Of a DNA stretch of 64,000 nt, positions 31,552 through 40,734 are shown piece after piece. A program made the translations under genes and the position numbers. The notes under the pieces were generated by a model. The model searched no databases, had not been told where the DNA came from, and worked only from the letters and a program-made list of their open reading frames with translations. Source of the DNA: Longimicrobiales bacterium (GTDB lineage: Bacteria > Gemmatimonadota > Gemmatimonadetes > Longimicrobiales > Gaopeijiaceae); the NCBI GenBank assembly GCA_965204735.1, contig OZ242008.1, positions 4,064,001-4,128,000 of the forward strand, read 5' to 3'. Position 1 is the first letter of the stretch. Each line of letters opens with the position of its first letter.

Positions 31552-33003
31552 TTGTTCTGGCGACTCGAGGAGTGCGGTGTCCAGGCTCTTGACTTGACAG
31601 GACTTGACATTCTGTCGCTGTCCTGCGATACATTAGTATTATGCTCCTTCCTGCCCCCCCCCCCCCCCCCCCCGAGAATTGAGGGAGGCCGTCTTCCGGC
31701 CATAGGGCGTCCGCCCTCCGGTAGCCAAACGGCTGCCCGCAACGAGGTCGGCGTTCGGGAGATATCCGCTCGCGCCGAGGAGCACGAACACCTTCCCCAC
31801 ATCGTCAAGTTCTCCGGGGGACGGTCGTCGGCCGCACTGGCGTTTCTGCTGGCCGAGTCGGGGCTGCTACGGCCCGAGCGGGGCGACGCGATTCTTTTCG
31901 CGAACACGTCAGCGGAGCACCCGGCCACCTACGAGTTCGCCCGGGAGTGCAAGCGCAGCCTCGAGCACGACTTCGGCATCCCGTTCTTCTGGTTCGAGTT
32001 CTGCACGGTGGAGGACGCCTCGCGGGGCGTCTACGTCCGCCGTCCGTCGTACCGACTTGTGCTGCCCGAGCCGGTGGAAGACGATCCCCGTGGCTTCTGC
32101 TCCCGAGGCGAAGTCTTCGAGGAGATGCTTTCCTATCAGGGGATGCTTCCCAACCCTCACAGCCGCTCCTGCACGGCCAAGCTGAAGCTGTATCCGTCGC
32201 ACCAGCTTCTGGCCGAATGGCTGGGGGTCACGGACGGCCCCGCCCACGCCGGCCACTGGGGAAGACGTCGCTTCGTCACCCCCGACACGGCCTTGGTCCA
32301 GTACCGTCGGAACCGGGGCGCGGCTTCTGACGACGTGTACCGGGAGCGGGTGCGCTGCATGACGAATCGTCCGCACGCGCGCTCGGCCCAGCGTTGGGAC
32401 GAGTACACGGAAGCGCCGGTGCTGGCGTTCGGGGAGCGCATTCACGCTGCCGACCGTCCCGCGGGCCCCGCCCCAATGTGGGGACCAGCCGCCGCCGGCC
32501 ACGTCACGCTGCTGGGCCTTCGCGCCGACGAGCAGAAGCGCATCGACAAGATCGAGTCCCGCTCGGTCTTTGCCGAAGGGGCCAGCACATCCTGCTCCAT
32601 CCACACCCAACCGCCGGGCGAGCATCCGATCTTCCCGCTGGCGGAGTGGGGCATCGACGCCACGGACGTTCGCTGCTTCTGGCTGGGACGCGACTTCGAC
32701 CTCCGCATTCCCGAGCACGCGGGCAACTGCGTCTTCTGCTTCATGAAGGGCACCCGGTCGCTGGCGGCTGCGGCGGCTCGGCCCGACCCCGATCGGGAGG
32801 CCGGTGCGCCGTCCGACATCGCCTGGTGGAGCCGGATGGAGGAGCGCTACCGCAGGCAGGTTGCCGCCCGTGACGGCGACGGCACGTCCAGCTTCGGCTT
32901 CTTCGGCCTGAGCGGCCCCACCTTCGCCGAGATCGCCGCGGGCGCCGCGCCGGACCTGGGCCGGTACGCCGTCGGCGCCCCCGCCTGCGACTGCACCGAC
33001 TAA
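31552..33003 (+). CDS. PP-loop (adenine nucleotide alpha-hydrolase) PAPS-reductase-like protein with Cys motifs
   Basis: KFSGGRSS, FANT, SCTAKLK, LGLRADEQKR, FPL, GNCVFCFMKG, C-terminal CDCTD. True start ambiguous (TTG 31552/31594, or ATG 31641 out of frame across the C run). Confidence 0.75.
   Translation: MFWRLEECGVQALDLTGLDILSLSCDTLVLCSFLPPPPPPPRIEGGRLPAIGRPPSGSQTAARNEVGVREISARAEEHEHLPHIVKFSGGRSSAALAFLLAESGLLRPERGDAILFANTSAEHPATYEFARECKRSLEHDFGIPFFWFEFCTVEDASRGVYVRRPSYRLVLPEPVEDDPRGFCSRGEVFEEMLSYQGMLPNPHSRSCTAKLKLYPSHQLLAEWLGVTDGPAHAGHWGRRRFVTPDTALVQYRRNRGAASDDVYRERVRCMTNRPHARSAQRWDEYTEAPVLAFGERIHAADRPAGPAPMWGPAAAGHVTLLGLRADEQKRIDKIESRSVFAEGASTSCSIHTQPPGEHPIFPLAEWGIDATDVRCFWLGRDFDLRIPEHAGNCVFCFMKGTRSLAAAAARPDPDREAGAPSDIAWWSRMEERYRRQVAARDGDGTSSFGFFGLSGPTFAEIAAGAAPDLGRYAVGAPACDCTD
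31591..31642 (+). promoter_or_regulatory. Sigma70-like promoter for the four-gene operon
   Basis: TTGACA at 31594 and 31604 (GACTTGACA direct repeat); TACATT/TATTAT -10-like hexamers at 31629-31642. Confidence 0.5.
31654..31673 (+). repeat. C20 homopolymer in the 5' coding region of the PAPS-reductase-like gene
   Basis: 20 consecutive C. Confidence 0.9.
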
Positions 33004-33032
33004 GAACAAGGACCCGCGCACACGTGAAGACC

Positions 33033-34958
33033 ATGCAAGACGACCTCGTATTCCAGTCCGGCCAGCCCCAAGGATTCTCGACCCTTACCACGACTCAGTG
33101 GGACGGCAAGCCGGAGCCGATCGTCCGCGAACTCCTTCAGAACTGTCTGGACGCCGCCGCAGAGATTGATGTCGAACAGGCGGAGGTGGACTTTGACATT
33201 CGCCAAGTTCCGCTCGACCAACTCCCGGGGATCGGATCGTACCGCAATCACTTCGAAGAAGCGGTAGCCCAACGCCAGGCGGAGACCCAGGGCAGAGCCG
33301 AGAAGAGGGTCATCGATCGCATCCGGCGGATCCTGGACAAGGAAACCGTCCGCTTACTCGTGTGCCGGGACAACGGCGTGGGACTCGATCGCGACCGGAT
33401 GCGGCGCATCCTGACGCAAGGAAACACCAGCAAAGACGAGGGCGGGGCCGGCGCGTTCGGCATCGGCCACCTGACGGCTTTCGCAGGGTCGGACTTGCGG
33501 TACGTGCTTTATGCTGGCCGATGGGGAGACGACGACGGCGAGTTGCACGAGATCGCAAGTGGTCATGCGATCCTGGCCTCGCGCGCTCTCTGCAACGGCG
33601 AAGGTGGTCTCGGGGGCGACGGCTTCTGGTTGCACGGGGAGGAAGCCACGCTCTTCCATCAGTCCCCCTATCCAGACCGGGCGCCGCCCCTGCTGCAAGA
33701 GGAACTGGGGCGGATGACTGACACGGGCAGCGTCGTGTGCATCACCGGATTCAACAACTTTCGGAGCGAGGCCGATCCGGTGCAAGCGATCGCCCAAGTC
33801 GCGGCCAAGAACTTCCTGGTGGCGATCTGGGAAGGGAAGATGGTCGTGCGCGTGCGCGGCGAGAACGAGGCCGAGACCGTAGTAGTGACGCGCGACACGT
33901 TGGGAGATATCCTCGAGCAGGAGAAGAGCAAGAAGCGCGGTGCCCAGACGGGCCGCTGGCTCCCGGGCGCCCAGGCCTACCAAGCGTGGCAGACGTTGAG
34001 AGACGGCGTGCCTTTCAAGCTGCGCGACGGCACGCCAGTCCGCATTCGGCTGCCGGAGGCTCGCAAGCGCAGGCCGGAGTCGCGGGCTCAGATCTTTCGG
34101 AACGGCATGTGGATCACAAACAGCGCCGACGCACTGGAGCCCCGACACTTCAGAACCTGCAAACCTTTTGCCGCGGTCGTCATGGTGGCCGACGGCAGGT
34201 TGGCGGAGCTGGTGCGTGATGCCGAAGGCCCGGAGCACCGCCATCTGGAGCGCAGCCGCCTCTCGCGACAAGACAGTCTCGAGCTGCTGGAGCGGCTCAG
34301 GGAGATCGCGGCCGAGCTGCGACAGCAGGCTGGCGAAGAGGAGGTCGACGACGAGTTCACGCCGGAGGGCTTCGTCATGCTTTCGGGTGATGTGGAACGG
34401 AAGGCGGAGAAGGTGCCCAGCTACCGTCCACGAGAAGGCCCGGGCCAGAACCGTGTCACCGTGTCGAGTCGAAGCAACAAGGAAGAGGACGGAGTGGACC
34501 GCCGGGAAAAGAGCGGCGAGGAGAAAGGCAGGCGCAGGCAGGGGGCGGCGCCCCGGCAGGGCAGAGCCGTTCCGGGCCGGCTGGCGTACCGAGCGTCGCG
34601 GAACGGGGCAGGAACAGTCGATACCGTCAAGGTCGAGTGGAACCATCAGGGGAGCGCCCTGTCGGTAAAGGACCTGCTGGGCGTCCGCGTCAGGGTGCCG
34701 TCCGGTTCCGACCAGACCTGCGAGCAACCTCTGGGGCCCGAGTGGGTCCCCATTCGCGAGGTTCGCTTCGAGGATGGCACAACCCACCTGCCCAAGGACG
34801 ACAACCCGTTCGAAGTGGCGCTGCCCAACACCGCTCGCAAGTTTGTCGTCTTCCTCGACACGAAAAGGCCGCTTGACGATCCCAACGTCGTTGAGGTGGA
34901 CATCGTGCGCCGACGCAGCGACTCGAAGGCACGTTCGGCCGCCTCGTCGGTCGAGTAG
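33033..34958 (+). CDS. GHKL (HSP90/MORC-like) ATPase domain protein
   Basis: RELLQNCLDA (N box), DNGVGL (G1), GAGAFGIG (G2), DTGSVV. Confidence 0.75.
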   Translation: MQDDLVFQSGQPQGFSTLTTTQWDGKPEPIVRELLQNCLDAAAEIDVEQAEVDFDIRQVPLDQLPGIGSYRNHFEEAVAQRQAETQGRAEKRVIDRIRRILDKETVRLLVCRDNGVGLDRDRMRRILTQGNTSKDEGGAGAFGIGHLTAFAGSDLRYVLYAGRWGDDDGELHEIASGHAILASRALCNGEGGLGGDGFWLHGEEATLFHQSPYPDRAPPLLQEELGRMTDTGSVVCITGFNNFRSEADPVQAIAQVAAKNFLVAIWEGKMVVRVRGENEAETVVVTRDTLGDILEQEKSKKRGAQTGRWLPGAQAYQAWQTLRDGVPFKLRDGTPVRIRLPEARKRRPESRAQIFRNGMWITNSADALEPRHFRTCKPFAAVVMVADGRLAELVRDAEGPEHRHLERSRLSRQDSLELLERLREIAAELRQQAGEEEVDDEFTPEGFVMLSGDVERKAEKVPSYRPREGPGQNRVTVSSRSNKEEDGVDRREKSGEEKGRRRQGAAPRQGRAVPGRLAYRASRNGAGTVDTVKVEWNHQGSALSVKDLLGVRVRVPSGSDQTCEQPLGPEWVPIREVRFEDGTTHLPKDDNPFEVALPNTARKFVVFLDTKRPLDDPNVVEVDIVRRRSDSKARSAASSVE

Positions 34959-35800
34959 TGCCCCGCCGCCCCGTGAGCAACGCGACTGCGCACCAGCTGC
35001 CGATCCTCTTGGAAAGCGGGTCCCGGTACGACTGGTCGAGCGCGAGCTACGATCCCGACGTGTCGGTCGGCACCAACCGAGCGACGGTTCAGCACCAAAT
35101 GGACGGGGCACCGGCCTTGCGCAGGCTGATTGAAGACGAAAAGGCGGTTTGGGCCGTTGAATTGCGATGCCCCAAGACCCTCATGGCTCGCGTGGAGACA
35201 TCGTCCGCCGATCGCCAAGTCGTCTCTTGGTCCTCCGAAGAAGTAGACGGCGTGGTTTGGATCGTGCCGGGGCTGATTGCGCTGAACCCCCTCTCGCTCG
35301 ACGGATCGGGCCTGACGTCGCTGTGGGCCGATGCGGGCGACCTCCGGGTACCGGCAGGTTGGTGGCTGGCCAAGGGCGATGCGTACCGTTCCAAGACACT
35401 CACTGAATCTCTGGTCAAGCTTCGTCGCGACAAGGACATGGCCAAGGGCACCATGGAGGTGCGTCCTGACCACAGCGGTGGACGCCTGCGGTTCGCAGTG
35501 CACATGGCGCCGGACGTGTTCGAGAAGGCAAGATCGGACAGGACGTTGCAAGTGGCGGCTCTGGTCGGAGTCTGCGGCTGGTTCCCTCGCGAGTTCGGCA
35601 GGGTCGCAGAGTCGCAGTCCGGTTCCGGCACCAACGATGCACGCGACGACCACCCTGTGGCCCGTGAGCTCAGGGAGCGATTGCGGCGCAAGAACCAAGA
35701 CGTGTCGTTGTGGGACGACGACGAGAGCTACGACCCGGCCTTGGTGGCCACCTTACTGGAGCCCTTCGATTTCAAGGAAGAGCATGACGAAGAAGATTGA
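34958..35800 (+). CDS. Hypothetical protein, third gene of operon
   Basis: Start overlaps the upstream stop; normal globular composition; no motif recognised. Confidence 0.65.
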   Translation: MPRRPVSNATAHQLPILLESGSRYDWSSASYDPDVSVGTNRATVQHQMDGAPALRRLIEDEKAVWAVELRCPKTLMARVETSSADRQVVSWSSEEVDGVVWIVPGLIALNPLSLDGSGLTSLWADAGDLRVPAGWWLAKGDAYRSKTLTESLVKLRRDKDMAKGTMEVRPDHSGGRLRFAVHMAPDVFEKARSDRTLQVAALVGVCGWFPREFGRVAESQSGSGTNDARDDHPVARELRERLRRKNQDVSLWDDDESYDPALVATLLEPFDFKEEHDEED

Positions 35801-36653
35801 CCGACTGGTCGACAAGTGCGGCACGGCCTTCAGCAGGTGGCAGAGCCGAATCATCTTCGACCAAAGGAAGCACGGAAAGCCTACCGAAAGTCGCAACCGC
35901 GAGATCGTCGATAAGGTCAGGGACCGGCAAGAGGCACTGGCATCCGAAGTCGGAAACGGGCCTCAGCAGTTGGGTGCCTACCTTCGTCGTGTCTTGAAGC
36001 TGGGTGTGGGCGACGAGATCGACGCACTTCCCTTTCCACGCGATTGCCTTACCCCCAGCGAATTCGTCAAGCCCCCCGTCGAGCTTGAGGAGGAGCTTGG
36101 CAAGTCATGGCAGAAGTTGCCTCCGCGGCTGGCGTCCCGGCCCGTGTTCTGGCTTCTCTGCCATGTCGCGTGGATCGAGCAGGGTCGTTTAGGCGACTCT
36201 GGCCACTTGGTCCGCGCTGCGTTGATGGACGACCCTCGCGCCAGGGACTCGGAAGCGCGAACCCGCAATCTCCTGCGACGGACCGGGGGCATTTTCGTCC
36301 GAGGCAATGTGTCCGTTTTCTCCAACTGTCCGATGGCCCGGGCGTGGTGGCGCTGGTACTTGGCGCGTCAAGTGGCGGAGGTCACGAAAGGCAGGGTCGG
36401 TCGCGCCGACGCTCATGCAACGTTGCACGCGAGCAATGGGGCATGGGAGGAGCTGGCCATGCTCTCGCTCCGGCGGATCACAGTCGTCAATCAACGTCGG
36501 GCACGGGCGGCCGTGGTGAGCCGGCTGCATGCGCTACTAGGCCAGCACGGGAAGCTGAACAAGAACCACGTAAAGGAGGTCGCGGTCGAGTTCGCCCGTG
36601 TTGGGCTGCGCCGCTCCTTTGAGCATACGTCCTGGGATGAACTGATGGGCTAA
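35784..36653 (+). CDS. Hypothetical protein, possibly DUF6339-like; fourth gene of operon
   Basis: ATG 35784 overlaps the upstream gene. ASRPVFWLLCH and NCPMARAWW resemble DUF6339 motifs from memory. Confidence 0.55.
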   Translation: MTKKIDRLVDKCGTAFSRWQSRIIFDQRKHGKPTESRNREIVDKVRDRQEALASEVGNGPQQLGAYLRRVLKLGVGDEIDALPFPRDCLTPSEFVKPPVELEEELGKSWQKLPPRLASRPVFWLLCHVAWIEQGRLGDSGHLVRAALMDDPRARDSEARTRNLLRRTGGIFVRGNVSVFSNCPMARAWWRWYLARQVAEVTKGRVGRADAHATLHASNGAWEELAMLSLRRITVVNQRRARAAVVSRLHALLGQHGKLNKNHVKEVAVEFARVGLRRSFEHTSWDELMG

Positions 36654-36766
36654 GCCCTAACGACCGGCGTCCATGGGGCGGTCCGGCGTAACGAGCCGCA
36701 CGCCGTGGTGCCAGGCCCGCATTGGTCTGCGGCACGTTGGAGCAGAGCTTCGTATACTGACGGAGT

Positions 36767-38218
36767 TTAGCCCCTCACGGGTTTGACGCCGCCCCGCCGT
36801 CCCAGGCCGTAACCGACTCTGAACACGTCGGGAATGTTGACGCGACCGTCAAGCAATCGCTGAAATATGCTTAACGCCTCCAAATCGTCACGTAGGCCTT
36901 GAGCACCGCGCTCGATCTGACGTGGTGTCGCCTTGACCGCATCCTGTGCCGTGTCGTCGCCCAAACGCGATAGTACGTCTCGCTCCCGCCAGCGCTTCTC
37001 AATCTCCTCGAAAGAACAGGGCACTACCATGCCATCCAAGGTCATCAAGAGGCGGTGCACCCACGGATAGTCCTCCTGGAATTCCTCCACACGAATCCTG
37101 GAAGCCTCCTGAACACCAAGTTTGATGCTGTCAAAATGTAGAGCATAGTCGTGTTCCGGGTGCCTCTCGCGAGTATTGCCGGCTGCGGTCCTTAGGGCGG
37201 CAAGGAACGAACGAGGGCTTACCTTGCCTTCCGCATCTGCCAAGTGATTGGGTATCCACGTGTACGGGAATCCCCGTCGACGGTCTCTGCCCATCCATGG
37301 TCCCGCGAGCTGATGAAAGATGGTGCGCTGTGTCTGCTCGGCAAAGACAAGCTGCCTTGGCACGGCGAAGACGGTTTGCCCCTGCAGATCCAACGACGCC
37401 CAGTGCTCCTTAGTCAGCAGAGGTCGCATCGCGGACCCGGTGGGACCATTGGCCAGCGAGTGCCAGAGGAGCCCGTACAGTTCGTTGGGCGGCCAGTTCA
37501 ATTCCGCACGCGATGACAGTATCTTTGACGCATCTGGGAAGTCGGCGATGCTGGTCTCCTCAACTTGATCCGTCCGCAAGAACGCCTTTACTCTGATTCG
37601 CCTGTACGAACGCATGTCCGACGCAAGCTGCATCAGTCCTCGGATCAACCGGTACATGTCCTGCCAGCTGTCGGCGCATCGATCCAGGGCGTCGAACAGT
37701 ATCAACAGGTATGTCCCGCGACTGTCTAGTTCAACGTCTCGTTTGTCCAACATGACGTCAATCTCTTCGGGTTGTCGCTTAACGTACTCGCATCGTTCCT
37801 GCCAGCTACGTGCTCGTCGCAACGGGTCCGATTCTGCGGACAAGTGCCGTGCAAGCACCGTTCGCCAAACAAGTCGCGGAGCGATGTCGGCCGCCAACAG
37901 GTTCGCCAATACGTCCTTGCTAGGATAATCGTCGGGTGCTGCGCTGACGCCGAATCCCACTGTCACCTCGGTGGCATCAGTTAGGCGCGACTTCTCGCTC
38001 TTTCCCACAAGAAGACGGACACTGCTGTCTTGCAGTGCTTGCCACCAAAACGTCTTGCCCGCGCCCCGCATGCCAACCACAACGGAAACGTCCGGGTCCA
38101 TCGCCTTGAGGTGAGACCGAGGCAGGTAGACGTTGGCGACCGGCAAGGTGGTATCGCCATGAGATGTACCCTCTGGAAGGCCGACAAGGGCCTGGCGCAA
38201 AGCCTGGGCTCGGGTCAT
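36767..38218 (-). CDS. P-loop NTPase (STAND-like/Sll1717-type)
   Basis: VVVGMRGAGKT, LILFDALDR, KAFLRTD, SPRSF. Confidence 0.75.
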   Translation of the reverse strand: MTRAQALRQALVGLPEGTSHGDTTLPVANVYLPRSHLKAMDPDVSVVVGMRGAGKTFWWQALQDSSVRLLVGKSEKSRLTDATEVTVGFGVSAAPDDYPSKDVLANLLAADIAPRLVWRTVLARHLSAESDPLRRARSWQERCEYVKRQPEEIDVMLDKRDVELDSRGTYLLILFDALDRCADSWQDMYRLIRGLMQLASDMRSYRRIRVKAFLRTDQVEETSIADFPDASKILSSRAELNWPPNELYGLLWHSLANGPTGSAMRPLLTKEHWASLDLQGQTVFAVPRQLVFAEQTQRTIFHQLAGPWMGRDRRRGFPYTWIPNHLADAEGKVSPRSFLAALRTAAGNTRERHPEHDYALHFDSIKLGVQEASRIRVEEFQEDYPWVHRLLMTLDGMVVPCSFEEIEKRWRERDVLSRLGDDTAQDAVKATPRQIERGAQGLRDDLEALSIFQRLLDGRVNIPDVFRVGYGLGRRGGVKPVRG

Positions 38219-39483
38219 CGGGTCGCCGCCGGACGAAGATAGCTGTCAAACGATCGCAGGAAGGCGGAGTACGCAAGCGTCACGGGGGCAGCGTCGATCC
38301 TGTGCAGCGAAGAACCGGCGGCCAAGCCTCGATTCCAGTGAATTGCGAGGGGGCTATGAGGGGCAGGAGACTCCCGCAGGTCAAAAGAAAAGGCGTCGTT
38401 AGGAAACGACGGTTCCACCCCGTCGTACAGGTAGTCGCGAAACAAGTGCCAAGAACGCTCAGTAAACCTCGCAAGGTATTGATCTGTGCCGGTCTCTGGC
38501 GTTAGAGCTGACACGATGGACAGTCGGTCTCTCATCTTTTCTGCGAGACGGTGATCGCGCCAATGCGAAAAAACCATCTCGAAGGTGCTCCAAGTGCTTG
38601 CAGAATCGGTGGCGAACAGCATGACATGAGCACCGACGTCGGTGACCGTGGCGGCCGCAAGATCGTGTAGGCCGCTACGGCTCTCGATAACCACGATGCT
38701 TGGTTGCCATGCTTCCTCGAGCGACGTGATCACGCGGTCGAGCCGCTCGGTCCATGGCAACCCCGTGTTGAGATACACTCGGCCGAGCTTTGCCAGGTAT
38801 TCGCCGGGGCGACGTCCGTGGGCGGGCACCACGGCAACCGAGCCTTCAAGGTCTTGGGCCCAGGTCGGCGTTCCCACCATGCGGTCCAAGACATGAGCGG
38901 CCTGGCCAACCAAGTCCTCCACGAACCAGTCTACGATTCCGAACTGGGGATGGGCGCCTTGGTCCAAGACCGTCGAGCCCAAACCCGGCGACTCGACGTC
39001 CGCATCCACGACCAGGACCCGTTCTCCTTGGTGGGCCAAGTGCCAGGCGAGAACCACAGCCGTGGTGCTCCTTCCCACCCCGCCGTTGACCGAGAACAGC
39101 GTGTAGCGGATTCGTCGCGACGCTGGCGCATTGACCGTCTGCCATCCGTTACCAGTGATCATGCGATCAACCCAAAACATGCACCCCGACATCCTCCTCG
39201 CGGAGGAACCAAGCAAGGTGGATGCGGGTGTGTCGAGGATCAGCAAGGAAGCGTCGGGTGGATGACCATGGGCGCCCAGTTCACGACTAAGGCGCGTGGC
39301 CAACTCCGCCAACGCTCCCTGGACCGAGTCGCTGGCCGGTTCGTCAGCGATGATCCGGACCCTGCCATAGAGGTCGCGAACGAGGTAGACGTCGATTCCC
39401 TGAAGTGGAGTCAGGTCCATGGACGCCAGAATCGTTTCGACTCGCTGGTATACGCTGTCGAACCTGATGAAGTCTCCTCTCAT
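38215..39483 (-). CDS. ParA/MinD-like ATPase, GGVGR-variant Walker A, with N-terminal extension
   Basis: FSVNGGVGRSTT, LVVDADVESPG, IESRSG. ATGA-type overlaps on both sides. Confidence 0.75.
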   Translation of the reverse strand: MRGDFIRFDSVYQRVETILASMDLTPLQGIDVYLVRDLYGRVRIIADEPASDSVQGALAELATRLSRELGAHGHPPDASLLILDTPASTLLGSSARRMSGCMFWVDRMITGNGWQTVNAPASRRIRYTLFSVNGGVGRSTTAVVLAWHLAHQGERVLVVDADVESPGLGSTVLDQGAHPQFGIVDWFVEDLVGQAAHVLDRMVGTPTWAQDLEGSVAVVPAHGRRPGEYLAKLGRVYLNTGLPWTERLDRVITSLEEAWQPSIVVIESRSGLHDLAAATVTDVGAHVMLFATDSASTWSTFEMVFSHWRDHRLAEKMRDRLSIVSALTPETGTDQYLARFTERSWHLFRDYLYDGVEPSFPNDAFSFDLRESPAPHSPLAIHWNRGLAAGSSLHRIDAAPVTLAYSAFLRSFDSYLRPAATR

Positions 39484-39923
39484 ACGATGCCGTCCACTTC
39501 CGCGAGGCGCATGATGCGGACGACTTCTCGGGTCGCCTTCTGGTACCGGCTTACCTCCTCTGGGCCGACATGGCCGCGGTTGGCGTAGCGATCATGGTGC
39601 GACCAATCGTGGAACGGATTCCCAGGGGCGAGGCCGTACCTTGCTCCGAACTGGTCGCTGGCAAGGTCCGCAAAGAGTGGCCAGATCGCTTGGATGTGTT
39701 GGCGGTGTTTACGTTCCCGAGGTGTGCCCATGGCATCCAAGGGCATCCACTTGAGCACCTGCATCGCGGCTTTCAGCCCGCACTCCGCGCTGAACCCAAG
39801 GAGATACGCAGCGTTGGCCCACCTGTCGTGGTCGCAGAGAAGGTTGCCGTCTTCCCAATGTCGCTGGTGGGCGTCCACGAAGTCGGCGGGTTGCTCGGCG
39901 CGGTTCGGGTTCGATCTGATCAC
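39480..39923 (-). CDS. HEPN-like domain protein
   Basis: AHQRHWED...ANAAYLLGFSAECGLKA...H...W...DRY. AGGAGG RBS before GTG 39923. Confidence 0.6.
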   Translation of the reverse strand: MIRSNPNRAEQPADFVDAHQRHWEDGNLLCDHDRWANAAYLLGFSAECGLKAAMQVLKWMPLDAMGTPRERKHRQHIQAIWPLFADLASDQFGARYGLAPGNPFHDWSHHDRYANRGHVGPEEVSRYQKATREVVRIMRLAEVDGIV

Positions 39924-40167
39924 TGCGGCCCTCCTGCATCTGTCTGTCGTCTTTGTCTGTCGTCGCCACATGACCGGGCCCGGTCGCAAGCTGCCACCGC
40001 TCTTCCCGCAACTTCGGCCCGTTCGAGCCCCGAGTCAAGAAGTATCCTCCACCACCGTTGTCATCCGCAAGGGGTGGCTCTCGGGGTCGTCGGACACCAA
40101 GCACCAGGTGCCCGCCCATGGTCGTGGGTTGCCAGCCGGCCGCGCCAACTACCGTCGTCGCACTTGA

Positions 40168-40734
40168 TCATTGCGCGTCAAGCTCGGGTATCCAGCGTTT
40201 GTGCACTAGCGTGGTGATTGCGATGCGAATCTGCCGTTCTGTAAACTGGTGCTTGCGTGGACTCCAAGCGTGCGTGCGGCGGAGCGTGTCCACTACCGAT
40301 GTGACACGTTCTCTGTCAACCACCCAGTGCACCGTCGACAACAACTCCAAGCCAAAGGACGATTCGAAACCCTCCACAAGATCGGACACCCGCAAGAAAC
40401 GGGCCTGCGTATCTGGATACTGGCCAAGAAACACACGAGCATCTTCAACCGCACCGGGCACCAAGTCCATTCGCTTGTGCGGGGCATCGCTTCCGTCGGC
40501 ATACCCCGACACAAGATGCTCTTCCACAGCGTTAAGGACATGTCGCAAGTTGTCGGCATATGGTCCATAGTGTCCCTTCCTGAATCTCAAGCGCAGTGGC
40601 TCGCCAGCAATTTGCATAAAATACATCAACTTGTGCACCTCCAACAATGTAATATACGGATCCAATAGCGCTTGATTGTAGCGATGCATCAATTGAACCA
40701 GGACCGCTCTAGATTGGTTGGTTGGCTGGATCAT
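40168..40734 (-). pseudogene. DarG antitoxin C-terminal domain without the macrodomain
   Basis: LLEVHKLMYF, YGPYADNL, VEGFESSFGLELLSTVHW, WSPRK. No macrodomain motifs upstream. Confidence 0.7.

Noticed and set aside
31552..33003. Housekeeping cysH or canonical dndC
   Set aside because: No cys genes and no dndBDE/sspBC neighbours; the motif set and island context differ.
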